Positions 31,520 to 42,318 of a DNA stretch of 64,000 nucleotides are shown piece after piece. Origin of the DNA: Trypanosoma brucei (taxonomy: Eukaryota). Numbering within the stretch: the first letter of the stretch is position 1; every line of letters begins with the position of its first letter. The notes under the pieces are model-generated. The model saw nothing but the letters and a program-made list of their open reading frames with translations. It did no database searches and was not told where the DNA came from. The position numbers and the translations under genes were made by a program. The DNA lies in the NCBI GenBank assembly GCA_000002445.1, contig CH464491.1, forward strand, positions 704,001 through 768,000. The letters run 5' to 3'.

Positions 31520-32285
31520 TTCTCCTCGTGCTTACTCTGTAAAGTTGCTTCGTTTGGTTACTCCTTTCCTTCACTACTGTTGCCCTTCTTCTAACCTGCT
31601 TGTGATCTCTTCTTTCCCTTTTTACCTTTAACAGAGTGAGTGTAAACTTGTTTCCGCCGCCGTGTTTGAGGCAGCTGTCGGTGTCGGTTGCGTCACAGAG
31701 TTCGGAGGGCAGATGAAGACCTCTAGATGTTTTCTAACGCTGATGGCGAACACGTTCCTTGACTGTTTTCCCCCCACACTCTTCCGTTGCGGACTTCTTC
31801 CTCACCCCCTATCCAAATTGCAATGGTCTTTGTCTTCGCGGTATTCCTAGGCGCTGTTACGCAATTTTAGCCTCAGTTTGTAGGAAACATACACCCAAAC
31901 AAGCAAGCAAAAAAAGAACAGATGGTAAACAAGCAGTCATATCAACGAAAGCAATGCCAATATTCGCACATTAACTCATGAGAAGGGGGGAGCGAACTAG
32001 TATTCCTTCTCTTTCTCTTCTTAAATAAAAAGTACAACCCGAGGTTGTACTTTTTTTTCGATACGAAGACAAATATCCATCTGCACGCGGCGATAATAAC
32101 TCTGCTCCTCTTCTCCCAAACACATTTGCACGGCTAAACAGCTTCACTGCTTTTAGCCATTATACCAGAGAATTTTTAGAGTTCACTTTCATGTAAATCT
32201 CAAACTTTCCTTGCGTATGTATGCAAAAGTACAAAGCACTCTGTTGTCCCTCTTATTTAGTCTTCTTTTTCACGACCCATCACCA

Positions 32286-33443
32286 TCATACACGCGTTAA
32301 GACGAGGCTAATAGGAGAAACCCGGGCACAACACACACGTAGCGTCTCCAAAGCCTTCACTGTCTCACCTTTCTGTAATGTAGACACTGCCCGCACGTAG
32401 CACAGCACTAACATGACTGTTGCTCCAGCATCAACGACTCGACGCGACCGCATTGTTGATTTCAAATGATCATACAATGTGGTCGCATGATGCCCCCTTC
32501 TCTCCGCCTCGCCCCCCACTCCGGCACCTAAAGTACCTTCAACAAGCCTTCGGCAAGCCCACTGCGAACAACGCCAGAATACATATGCCCCTCCACTGCA
32601 GATGCACAATGCCTCCTTTACCGGATCCACGGTCAGTAATAACTCGTCCTCCGACCCGCGCCACTTGACAAAACGCGCAATGGTGGGGAGCGTATGCAAC
32701 AGATTGATCCCCCAGTTCATCATAAGCTGCATCACAAGCAGGACGTTGACGTCGGTCCGCTGGAGCACCCTCACAACTTCAGTCGCACCACCATTGTTTA
32801 GGCCCGTGGAGGTCAGTAGCGGTGGTGTCGTTGTTAGTGCGATGATAGTGGCAGCACAGGAGAGCAGCTGAGAGCTTAAGACATAACTGGCCATTCCCCG
32901 AGTGAGGAAAAGTGGGATACAGAGTCCCGACATGGTGCTTGCCGTCAGCATCATCAAAATGGAAAGTGAATCCCACGCCACCCAACCAATTGGTGCGAAG
33001 GAGCATCCAACGGCAAAACTTGAGGTTAGAAAACACGCAACCCGACAAGCGGGGAACATCACTTCTCTCGGTAGCAAAAGAAGCAGAGCCGCAGGTGCCA
33101 CTGTAAGAGATACAGGAATGGCAATGGGGACCTTTGGAAAGGAGAAAAACAACGCTGCACCGAGTGCCCCGGCGAGCATACCCACAGAAGCAATGGAATA
33201 CACCTGCGTCAAGTGGCGGCGCACAACGGCGTAACGTACGCTGTCACCCACTGGCTCGGTCCATGATTTAACTTTCTCAACCGCACACTCTAACGAAGCC
33301 GCTATACTTTTCGGAAAAATGGATCGGAGGAACCCGAAATGGTAAGCGAGCGCAACACCATACCCACCCACAACGACCCACGAAGCGAGTTGTGCTCCCC
33401 TTAACAACCTCTCGGATGAAATATTGTCCTTGAACGACGTCAT
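32286..33443 (-). CDS. Multi-pass integral membrane protein of 385 aa
   Basis: Six to eight hydrophobic helices cover roughly the first two thirds of the protein, followed by a soluble C-terminal tail of about 120 aa. ATG start confirmed. No reliable family assignment; TMBIM/BI-1-like is only a guess. Confidence 0.55.
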   Translation of the reverse strand: MTSFKDNISSERLLRGAQLASWVVVGGYGVALAYHFGFLRSIFPKSIAASLECAVEKVKSWTEPVGDSVRYAVVRRHLTQVYSIASVGMLAGALGAALFFSFPKVPIAIPVSLTVAPAALLLLLPREVMFPACRVACFLTSSFAVGCSFAPIGWVAWDSLSILMMLTASTMSGLCIPLFLTRGMASYVLSSQLLSCAATIIALTTTPPLLTSTGLNNGGATEVVRVLQRTDVNVLLVMQLMMNWGINLLHTLPTIARFVKWRGSEDELLLTVDPVKEALCICSGGAYVFWRCSQWACRRLVEGTLGAGVGGEAERRGHHATTLYDHLKSTMRSRRVVDAGATVMLVLCYVRAVSTLQKGETVKALETLRVCCARVSPISLVLTRV

Positions 33444-34467
33444 CTGCGATACGATTCAAAAAAAAAAAGGGAACGAGTTGCAACAGCAATGTTCCAGTAT
33501 TCAGGAGTGTACACAGATACCCCAAAGTTTCCTTCTTTCCCTTGAAGCTTCCTTATATTATTCGCCTACGAGTAGACAAAAGAAGAAATTACAAAAGCAG
33601 TGATGCGGTGTAAGGTAAGGAACGACACGAAGCAAAAAAAAAAAAACGTTCAAGGTTAACATAAACAGCCCCGTTGAAACACCAATATTTCCTTGCACAC
33701 GCGGTTCACCCCTCCGCACTCCACGATTTCGTTTTCACCTGAACATTTATACGCTGATACAAACACAAGAACGCGGTACTCTTTTAGCAACGAACAAATA
33801 AAAATTGAAAAGTAAAGTGCACAAAAGGCTCCACCCGAACCAGTAGCGTATGCCACTTCCTGAAGGTGCTACAGCTTTCCAATGATTCGCAAAGTAACAA
33901 TGAAGAAGAGGGAGCAAACAGAAGAAAAAGGTGCTCACAAGTTGTCTCCTCAAGACATTCGTTTACAAGTAACAATGTTTGGAGCGCTCTCCCACAAGCG
34001 CAAATAGGCGAAGCGGCAGCAAAAATGGAACTCCATGTTTCAAAATAATTAAGAAATACAAACATAAGAACCTTCACGAACAGTCGTCCACTGACACATA
34101 CATATACATTCACATCGACAAAAGTGAAACATACAGCCATTTATAGTAAATTTCAACACAAAAGAAAATGTTATAGCCCCTAAACCGAGTCAAGTATACC
34201 CTCCCCCGGCGTGACAATTTTTTTCTGGTTGGAGGGAGGGTTATGACCGTGAGTGAACTCAGCACCAGATTGGAGGCACCGTTGTTGCTTTGCGCAACCG
34301 AGCTTCTTAGAATAGTACGGAGGAAGGGAAATAACAAAAAAAAACACTCTTTCGAAACGTACACGCAAATAAAGGAAAAAAAACGAGCAAACGAATAATA
34401 TATACGTGTATAATTCTAATATATATATATATATATATTCATTTTTTATGCGCAACAAGCTGCAACT

Positions 34468-37400
34468 TCAGCTTAATCGTGGAACAGCCCGCTGAGCTCT
34501 ACGCTTAGTGGTTCGCTCACTAACGACTGTTCGTGTTCCCGGGGAAAGGTTACCACTACGCTGACTAAAGAGGACTTTTGGAGATGCTAGGGAGAATCGA
34601 CCACGTAGGGTCGTTGCTAGGGACCCCAACCCCAGAGCAGAGGGAGACTGCAGATCCTTATCTTCCATTACTGAGCGACTAGATCTGGACGCACTCCATG
34701 GGCCGCTCCTTCTTATAGAAGACCTTGGGGTTATTATGAGGTGAGACTGATTCTGCTTTTGCATCACGATGTTAGCCTTCCGTACCGTCCTTTCAAAAGC
34801 GGTACTCAGCATGTACTCGTCAGTGCTTCGAAGAATAGGGCCGGCAACTTCGAAATTGTCTTTGTCCTTGGGGGTTTCCTGTTCCTCCGCACAACCACGA
34901 CCACTAACAACAGAGCCGTCATACACCTCTTTATTATGATGCTTTTTGACTACATTGTCAGTGTAAGTTAAGTCGTTTCGTTCAACGGCTTGCCGCAAAC
35001 CTTTATTACACGCCCTTTCCCCAATTTCATACATCTCGCTCAACATGGGTCTCGCACACGTCGCTACGTGCATCAACATATTCCCGATTAGAAGGTTAAG
35101 GGACCACATGGAAGGATGCTCATTACTTGGCGGTAGTGGGAAGCCACTAGGGTTAACGGTGTTGTGCCGCATCAACTGCACGGCTGCTGGGGGTAAGAGT
35201 CCAGCAGCCGTTATCATTTTTTGCGCCTCCCTCGGAAGCACATCGCTTCCGCGTCCACTTCTGCTTGACGAAGGACATGACCTCACCTCATCTGGCGAGC
35301 TTTCCTCAACCATATACCGTGAAAAGAATACTATATCCGCCAGAGGAACCAATTTCACTTCTGGTATTGCGCACGCGTAGTCCTTCAGCATTCCCTGTTT
35401 CTCCAAGGCGGTCATAATATGCAGTGTCCGTCTCGCGTAACCGTAACGCAACATATCGAATGCAGGTACGGAAGAAGGTGAAGCACCTTCTTCCAATATC
35501 TGGGCTAGAGACCGTGCCGGTGCCGTGTTATTGGGGTGAACAACATAATGCAGATTAATATGAAGTTTCAGAGATTCTTGTGCACCGTGCAAGAGTTCCC
35601 TGGGCGACTTGTGGGGCAACGTCACCGCACCAAGTCTGACATAATGAAATCCTTTACTTGTGTCAGCAGTGAAATCGCTCGAGAGGAGATACCCACCGTG
35701 AGCATCGCCCGTCGGATCAATCTGGAACAACATCGCTTCATAAAACCATTTCCAAACGTTGCTGTCACAATCCGTCAACAAACTGGCCTCATCAGCCGCG
35801 TTGATTTCACTAACCGTGCCGATTGGTACTGGAATGTCCACGAACCGCATCGTGGAGGTAGTGGGATAGCCATCTCTGACACTACCATTTTCTGGAGACG
35901 TGGACTCCCGCTTTCCCAATCCCATTGCTTTTCCATCTTTCACGAGACTCAGAAAGCATTGAAGAACGGAGCTCAACTCCTTCACATGCATATGCACATC
36001 GGCGTCATCAGAACCATGTTCCAGGAGGAACAGAGGAAGAACTCTGGCAATATCGATATGGCTTTCAAGTATGACAGTACTTGGCCAGCGACCCCGTACA
36101 ATCTGTATGCACGTATATCGCAACGCTAGGTAAGACCATCGTCGATACGTGGTTGAGTCAATTGAGTAACCACCTTCCTGATCTGTACCGTCACAAACTA
36201 ACTTTATAAGTTTTATGAAGGAGCGGCAGACCTCCTCCACATGCCGGGGCAGCCGACCCGGTTGAAATTGACCAGAGTGAGAGAATTCCAGGCGGCAGCC
36301 AATGATGTCAGGATTCATCACTGGAGGAGAGCTACAACCAGACTGCCTTGAAATGGTTTCCCCATTACCTCTCTGGTTAACGTTCATCTGAAGTATTATA
36401 TCATGACTGCTGATACCACTGCGGTAATTTACCCAACCGTCGTAATCACGGAGGAGGTCTGTCGCCACTTTTACATGCCTACTCAACATCTCCATATCAT
36501 CGACCACACACTTGTATACAACCAACGCCGCTATGCGACTCCTTCTCCGCTTCTTCTCCAATTCAACCTTAAGACAACTTCCCTCCTGGCGACTATGTAT
36601 ACTTCCCAGAAGCCTTGTGATGAGGTTCTGCTCCTGCTTCAAAGTTTTCATCGCGGCTTCGGTGAGACACCACACGTCCCGTGTATCAGAACAGCTTGGT
36701 GCACAAGAAACCGCCTTTGAAGGTGAGACGTTGCGCGCCGAGTCGATATCCCCGGCTTGCTGCTCTGTGGATCCACAAGACTGTAAAGTGCTGCACATGT
36801 GCATGGCGTGATGTAACAACTGTAGTGCGTGTTCGGATTGATCGTAGAACTCCTGATACAAATACCTCTCCTCCAAAGTTAGAAATGAATTTGAGCACGC
36901 TGTGACAGCAGAAATTGTAAGCCGTTTCCGGTATGTTCGGGCCGCGGAAGCCATGCGGCGCCTCTCGAACTCGATCACATCATCACGATCTTGCTCCAAT
37001 GTGTAAACCGCCTCTGCAAAGGTCATGCGTGCCACAGCCTTCCGTATTTCTCTTTCGCCTGGCACACCAAACTCTGACAGTACATACTCTAATTGATCAC
37101 GCACTTCTCGCAGACAACTCAGAGAGTGTGAGGTTATCCAGCGAGTGTACCACCGCATCACCGATATGTCCCACGAAACATCAGCGAAACACGTATCACT
37201 CCCAGCAACCTCCATGAACAACCTCAATTTTTCATCCTTTCTCCAGCGATCCTCCGAAATGGCTAAAGAATCTGCCCCATCCTCTCTTGAAGTTAGGGAG
37301 GACTCTTCACAAAACGGAGCAATGAATCCTTGCTCATCTTCAATGTCCCGAAACTTACTTTCCAGGGCGTACACCTCGTCCTGTAGCACTGCCACTGCCT

Positions 37401-37713
37401 TCTCTACGTCATATGGTATAGGAGTTTGGTACATAGATGGGGCACTCTCACAGACAATAAATGGGAAGGTGGGTAACTTCAGCACATTGAGTGACTTGGC
37501 GTCCAGTGTGCGATCCAAAGGATCAGTATATGACACAGCTGCTTCCGATGAGGCATCAGGGTTTTCGTGAGTGTTGCGCAACTCCTGTCGTAGAAGTTTC
37601 AGTACTCGCAGCTCCTCCAACACTTTGGGTGGTACCAGAGAGATAGTTGTTTCCCTCTCTGCAAGAGACTCTGACGTGATGCTTCCTTTTTTGGAGGAAA
37701 AGGATGTTGACAT
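34468..37713 (-). CDS. Conserved hypothetical protein of 1081 aa
   Basis: A long uninterrupted ORF of complex composition on the same strand as its neighbours. ATG start confirmed. No motif was recognised. Confidence 0.6.
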   Translation of the reverse strand: MSTSFSSKKGSITSESLAERETTISLVPPKVLEELRVLKLLRQELRNTHENPDASSEAAVSYTDPLDRTLDAKSLNVLKLPTFPFIVCESAPSMYQTPIPYDVEKAVAVLQDEVYALESKFRDIEDEQGFIAPFCEESSLTSREDGADSLAISEDRWRKDEKLRLFMEVAGSDTCFADVSWDISVMRWYTRWITSHSLSCLREVRDQLEYVLSEFGVPGEREIRKAVARMTFAEAVYTLEQDRDDVIEFERRRMASAARTYRKRLTISAVTACSNSFLTLEERYLYQEFYDQSEHALQLLHHAMHMCSTLQSCGSTEQQAGDIDSARNVSPSKAVSCAPSCSDTRDVWCLTEAAMKTLKQEQNLITRLLGSIHSRQEGSCLKVELEKKRRRSRIAALVVYKCVVDDMEMLSRHVKVATDLLRDYDGWVNYRSGISSHDIILQMNVNQRGNGETISRQSGCSSPPVMNPDIIGCRLEFSHSGQFQPGRLPRHVEEVCRSFIKLIKLVCDGTDQEGGYSIDSTTYRRWSYLALRYTCIQIVRGRWPSTVILESHIDIARVLPLFLLEHGSDDADVHMHVKELSSVLQCFLSLVKDGKAMGLGKRESTSPENGSVRDGYPTTSTMRFVDIPVPIGTVSEINAADEASLLTDCDSNVWKWFYEAMLFQIDPTGDAHGGYLLSSDFTADTSKGFHYVRLGAVTLPHKSPRELLHGAQESLKLHINLHYVVHPNNTAPARSLAQILEEGASPSSVPAFDMLRYGYARRTLHIMTALEKQGMLKDYACAIPEVKLVPLADIVFFSRYMVEESSPDEVRSCPSSSRSGRGSDVLPREAQKMITAAGLLPPAAVQLMRHNTVNPSGFPLPPSNEHPSMWSLNLLIGNMLMHVATCARPMLSEMYEIGERACNKGLRQAVERNDLTYTDNVVKKHHNKEVYDGSVVSGRGCAEEQETPKDKDNFEVAGPILRSTDEYMLSTAFERTVRKANIVMQKQNQSHLIITPRSSIRRSGPWSASRSSRSVMEDKDLQSPSALGLGSLATTLRGRFSLASPKVLFSQRSGNLSPGTRTVVSERTTKRRAQRAVPRLS

Positions 37714-38408
37714 TTCCCCCCCTTTTCTTCTCAGTTGTATGGTTCAGATATAAGGCGTCTATCTCCCTCTATATATTTTTTCTCCTTATAGTTGTATATC
37801 CGAAACTTGCGTGCTTGCTTTCCGATACGACTCAAATGCACAGACGTGCACCCTATTGACAAACGCTGATGCGACAGTGTTAATAAATTTATTGTACCTC
37901 TTTCCACGGCCGCCGCGTTCCCGTCTACCCCTTGTGTGCACGCCGGCAGGGTAATGAAGTGAACGCCTATCCCTGTGTCCACTGCCCGTAATGAAGGCAC
38001 ACGTTAATGATACCCTCTTGGGTTCCTTACGCTTCTACTATTTGCGCTGCTTCACAATTTTATGAACCAGGTTGTAAAACAAGCTGCAGAAGGTGGTATC
38101 TTAGATATTATTCCTTGGGGTGTTGGATCAGTCACCAACAGCAGCAGAAGCTACAGGTACACAGTTAAAACGAATGCGCACAAACAACGTTAAAACTGAG
38201 GAATGAATCAAACACAGTGCGCAACGTGCCACTTCACACGTCACACGCACCGCCAACATTTGTTCCTCTTTCCCCCTCCCTGTTGTCACTCTCCTCCCAC
38301 CACTTCTTTTATTCACCTGAGGCGTTTCTTTGACGGCGGTCACATCAACCCCCGCTGCTCGTAAGACATTCCTATTTTTCCCCTCTCTTTCCTTTCATTT
38401 GTTTTCTA

Positions 38409-41189
38409 TCACTTAAATACCACTCCACTACCACCGCGTCCCGCTCCCCTGCCGGTGCCTCTTCTTCCCCGACGACTATCGCTGCCCCGTCCACCACCGA
38501 TCCTATCGATACCGTATCGGCTGGTTCCTCCGCGGCGCTGCCCCATTAAGGGGGTCCGCTGACTGTAGTTGTCATCTAGCACGCCACCACTATCTCCTGT
38601 AAGAACTGATTCCCTTCCGCGAGCGGCAAAGGGTGGGAATCCTTGTTGGGTTATGGGAAAAGGTGGTTGCGGCTGCGGTAATTGTAGAACTGCAGGTGCA
38701 GGGTGAGAAAGAACAGCGCCACCCCCTCCCTCACCAACAGGAATGGGAAGAATCCCCTCACTCGGCACTGCCGGTTTCCTAGGCGTTGGCATTGAGGTAG
38801 TTGTTTCATTCTTTTGTGTGTGGCGTTGTTTCCAGGGCTGATGCCACGGTTGCTTTGGTTGGTTTTGCATGACGCTTACCCCTTGCGTTGACTGCTGTAT
38901 TTCTTGTGTCTGCCGCGGCTGCTGTTGACTAACCGCCGCCACCGGCGCCTGTGGACTTTCCTTGGCACTTACCTTCTGTAACGATTGTGGCGCTTGAGCT
39001 GCCCGCTGCCGGGCAGCGTTCTGTGTGCTCCTCTCCAGCGAGTCAAGAAGGGAATGAACACGTGCCCGGTCTTCGGCTGAAAGTTGAGATGCACGCTGCG
39101 GTGGCGTTACGTTCTCTCTGTGGAGCAACGCATTTGACGAGCATTCCGCACTGAATTGTTGCCACAGTTGGTCCATTGCAGCGCCAATTGCTGGTGGATA
39201 CAACAACTCGGGAGCTGCCTCCGCATCTCGCTGAAAGTTTTGCCGGTATAAATCGGTGAACTTTTGCAGTTCTTCCAAAGTACACTCGACGGCAGACTGG
39301 GAATCCGCTTCAGCTTCCGCAGAAGCTAGTATATAACGTCGACCGGCGTCGTAGGCAGCCTTCCAATCTTTATTCCTTTGCCCATTAACGGCTGAGGCGG
39401 GTCCAACTGTCGCCCTGCAAGTGCGAGGGGCCGCAGTGGAACCAGTTGCCTGTAGTTCAGCGGGATCAGACCCGGCCCCCGAAGCTGCGGCATTCACAAA
39501 AGAAGACACTCGAAAATAACTGTTCCAAAAAGAGTTGCCACCAAAAAGGGGAACCTGGTGTTGACCTGAGCACCCGCTGGAAGTAACCGTTCTACCTTCC
39601 TCACTGCTTCCATGGGTTCCTTCCCCGCAGCGGCGACTTGATTGTAACTTCTGCAAAAAATCCTCGACTATTGGCTCCGCAGGAGGTGGAAGTGCGGAAC
39701 GCAGAGCAACTGGGAACGGATTTTTCGCATATGTCTCCCCCAGTTTAAACTCAGTGTACACACTCACACGCCAGCACTCCATAAGGTTAACTACTTCGTG
39801 GAGCTTAAAACACATTAATAGCACCACCGTCGAATTCGTGGCACCCACAGTGAATATAAGATCTGTAGAACATGCCTTTGCAGCATCATCTTTCAGTACA
39901 GAGGTGAGGAAAAGCTCCCTCCACGGGCATGACTCGTGATGACCGCTGTGTTCGGCCCGTTCGCTCCAACGGATGGTACATTGGGTGCGCACGCGACCAC
40001 TTTCACCTTCATTATTATCACAACTCATTGAATCAACATTTTGCACACCCTTACCGCTTTCATTTCCATTCAGTGTCGAGTACACCACTGGTGGTCTCCC
40101 ACCGCAAAATCGACAAAAGATATCGACACCAAGTGCGGCTAAGAGGGATTCTTCCACATCTTCTCCGACACCCTTGCTAGCCTCATTACCCTCACTACCA
40201 CCACTACATCTGCTAGCAGCATCAGAGGAGGGAACCTCAGTTACAGTGTAGCCAAACAAGGTAATGAGTAAACTGACATGGGGCACAAGATCGATGTTGC
40301 CATTCCTCGTTTCGGGGTTCTCGTCACTCCTGTTGTTACCACTCGAATCCGCCTCGAGACTGCGTTTCTTCTTTATCCCGAACAACGTGCACAACAGCCC
40401 CTCTGGTGTAGTGCTGCTGAGTGCACTCGCCTGATTTGTTATCAACGACCGCAACCACTTCATCACACGCTGCAGCATATTTTCCCGAATAAAGGACGGG
40501 GGAGTTCCTCTCGGAAGTAGTAGCTTATTCCCCTGGGGGAGGTTATTGGGGGATGTGTCCGAACCGGCCAAGTTGCCGAGTGCGCTGTTAGAGAGAGCAG
40601 TACTGCTGGTATCACAACTACCGCTAGCAGCAGTTGACAGCGTTTTTAGAGAGACAGCGCTGCAGCGGTGCCGAATGAGAGAAGAGTTTGTCCATGAGAG
40701 GCTTGGGGATGACAATGCGTGCCTGGCAACCTCACCAAGTCGCCACCAGCAAGACGGTGAATGAAGCTCTGACATCAGTTTTTCAATAATATTCTCACTC
40801 ACCTCACACGTAGCTGCACCGGCTGAAGCGACGCTTTGTATGTTCGCACCGACGGTTTCGCCTTCCATACATTTCGCTACTGAAGTTGAGGCACAAGACC
40901 GGGAGCGAAGGAACTGTAAAAGCCGAACCCAGTCGCTCGTTAGCATCAACCGCGACCTCGAACAGCAGGATGTGCAAATCTGAAGCGCCACCTCGCCTTC
41001 TTCATCCCCCCAACCTGCTGCTTCGTTGTTTTCACCTCTGTCAAGTGTAATAGGCTCGACACCACAAGGAGTGATGTTCATGGCTGAGAGCAGAAAAATT
41101 GTCTCTTCATCACCACCGATGAATGCCCGAGCCAACACATTACGCCGCCAGGTGCTAACTGAGGCAAATAGATTTTCAGTAATAAGCAT
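38409..41189 (-). CDS. Hypothetical protein of 926 aa with a Gln/Pro-rich region and a C-terminal RGG/GR-rich tail
   Basis: ATG start confirmed. The C-terminal 120 aa contain QPWHQPWKQRH followed by RRGGTSRYGIDRIGGGRGSDSRRGRRGTGRGAGRGGSG, which looks like an RGG box. The N-terminal two thirds are a complex globular sequence. Confidence 0.6.
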   Translation of the reverse strand: MLITENLFASVSTWRRNVLARAFIGGDEETIFLLSAMNITPCGVEPITLDRGENNEAAGWGDEEGEVALQICTSCCSRSRLMLTSDWVRLLQFLRSRSCASTSVAKCMEGETVGANIQSVASAGAATCEVSENIIEKLMSELHSPSCWWRLGEVARHALSSPSLSWTNSSLIRHRCSAVSLKTLSTAASGSCDTSSTALSNSALGNLAGSDTSPNNLPQGNKLLLPRGTPPSFIRENMLQRVMKWLRSLITNQASALSSTTPEGLLCTLFGIKKKRSLEADSSGNNRSDENPETRNGNIDLVPHVSLLITLFGYTVTEVPSSDAASRCSGGSEGNEASKGVGEDVEESLLAALGVDIFCRFCGGRPPVVYSTLNGNESGKGVQNVDSMSCDNNEGESGRVRTQCTIRWSERAEHSGHHESCPWRELFLTSVLKDDAAKACSTDLIFTVGATNSTVVLLMCFKLHEVVNLMECWRVSVYTEFKLGETYAKNPFPVALRSALPPPAEPIVEDFLQKLQSSRRCGEGTHGSSEEGRTVTSSGCSGQHQVPLFGGNSFWNSYFRVSSFVNAAASGAGSDPAELQATGSTAAPRTCRATVGPASAVNGQRNKDWKAAYDAGRRYILASAEAEADSQSAVECTLEELQKFTDLYRQNFQRDAEAAPELLYPPAIGAAMDQLWQQFSAECSSNALLHRENVTPPQRASQLSAEDRARVHSLLDSLERSTQNAARQRAAQAPQSLQKVSAKESPQAPVAAVSQQQPRQTQEIQQSTQGVSVMQNQPKQPWHQPWKQRHTQKNETTTSMPTPRKPAVPSEGILPIPVGEGGGGAVLSHPAPAVLQLPQPQPPFPITQQGFPPFAARGRESVLTGDSGGVLDDNYSQRTPLMGQRRGGTSRYGIDRIGGGRGSDSRRGRRGTGRGAGRGGSGVVFK

Positions 41190-42318
41190 CTAATTTAAAT
41201 CAAAACAAACGTAAAGTCGCTGTGTGGCAACGGCCTTGTGTCGCCCAATATTTTAGATCAACACGCATGCAAAGTTCTAAAAGCCGAAGAGCAAACAGCG
41301 AGCTCCACTAAGTCACAGAGGGGCGAAAAAAAATACACAAAAAAAGGAGAAAAAAGAGAGAGCGACATTCATAAGATAAAGGCACCAACTTTCGTTTCAC
41401 ATGTTAGGCGCACCTGCTCAAAGGGGAACTGATGGCAGGATGCACCCGAAGCCCTCATCCCTAGACACATGCACAAACAATCATGATTACAGAAAAAGAG
41501 AAGAGACACGAGCACAGAAAAATCCTCTCCTTGTTACTCTTGCTCTTTTACTCACTTTTTTTTGGGCCCTCCCCGGATAAAAAACGGTTATTCTCTTTCG
41601 TACATTCCTTCATACAAGTAAACATGGAGACACAAATATAATAGTTTATATATAAATCCCGTCCTGCTCCTCTCTCGTTACAGACTTCATTCACTGAACA
41701 TTAATAACTTTGAAAAGCGTAATCACTTGACGGATCACACTTTGGGTTTTTTTCCTCATTCCTTTTCATTTCCCTTACCCATCTGTTGAGTTCAGTGATG
41801 AACTCGACAAGGAGGCTAAACGGGAAGCACCGAAGTCAAGAAAGAAACCCCTCCAAAAAAGAAATGAAAAAAAATGTGGCACACGAAATGGGTTGCTGTG
41901 CATGCGTGGTGGCGCCCCATTGAGGTAAAGTTACGAGAGGAAAAAGCGTGTACCCTTTTTTCAACGTGTTCACACACACACACTCTTCGCTCGTCTCAGA
42001 TTAACTTCAATTCACAATTATGGTTTCCTTCACTCATCTTCCTACACCATGTATAACTACAGCCCACCTGATATATCTCAACCTCAACTGTCGAACCCCT
42101 TCACCTTTAGCATACAACCAAGCACGAAAAAACACACGCACAGCATTTCCCAAGGTATTCCACCTGATTTTCAAGCTTTCACCTCGTACCGGTTACACTT
42201 TCCCCCATTTCTTCAGAGATAGGGGCGGGGAGTGCTGACTGTCCTTGTCCGGAAAGAGTTACTAAGCAGTATCATCTTAGGGACGCAGACGCGGCACTCT
42301 CACCTGCGACCACGTCTT

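Noticed and set aside
35536-36129. A 197-aa plus-strand ORF inside gene 34468..37713
   Set aside because: It is antisense to a long, well-behaved ORF and no motif was recognised.
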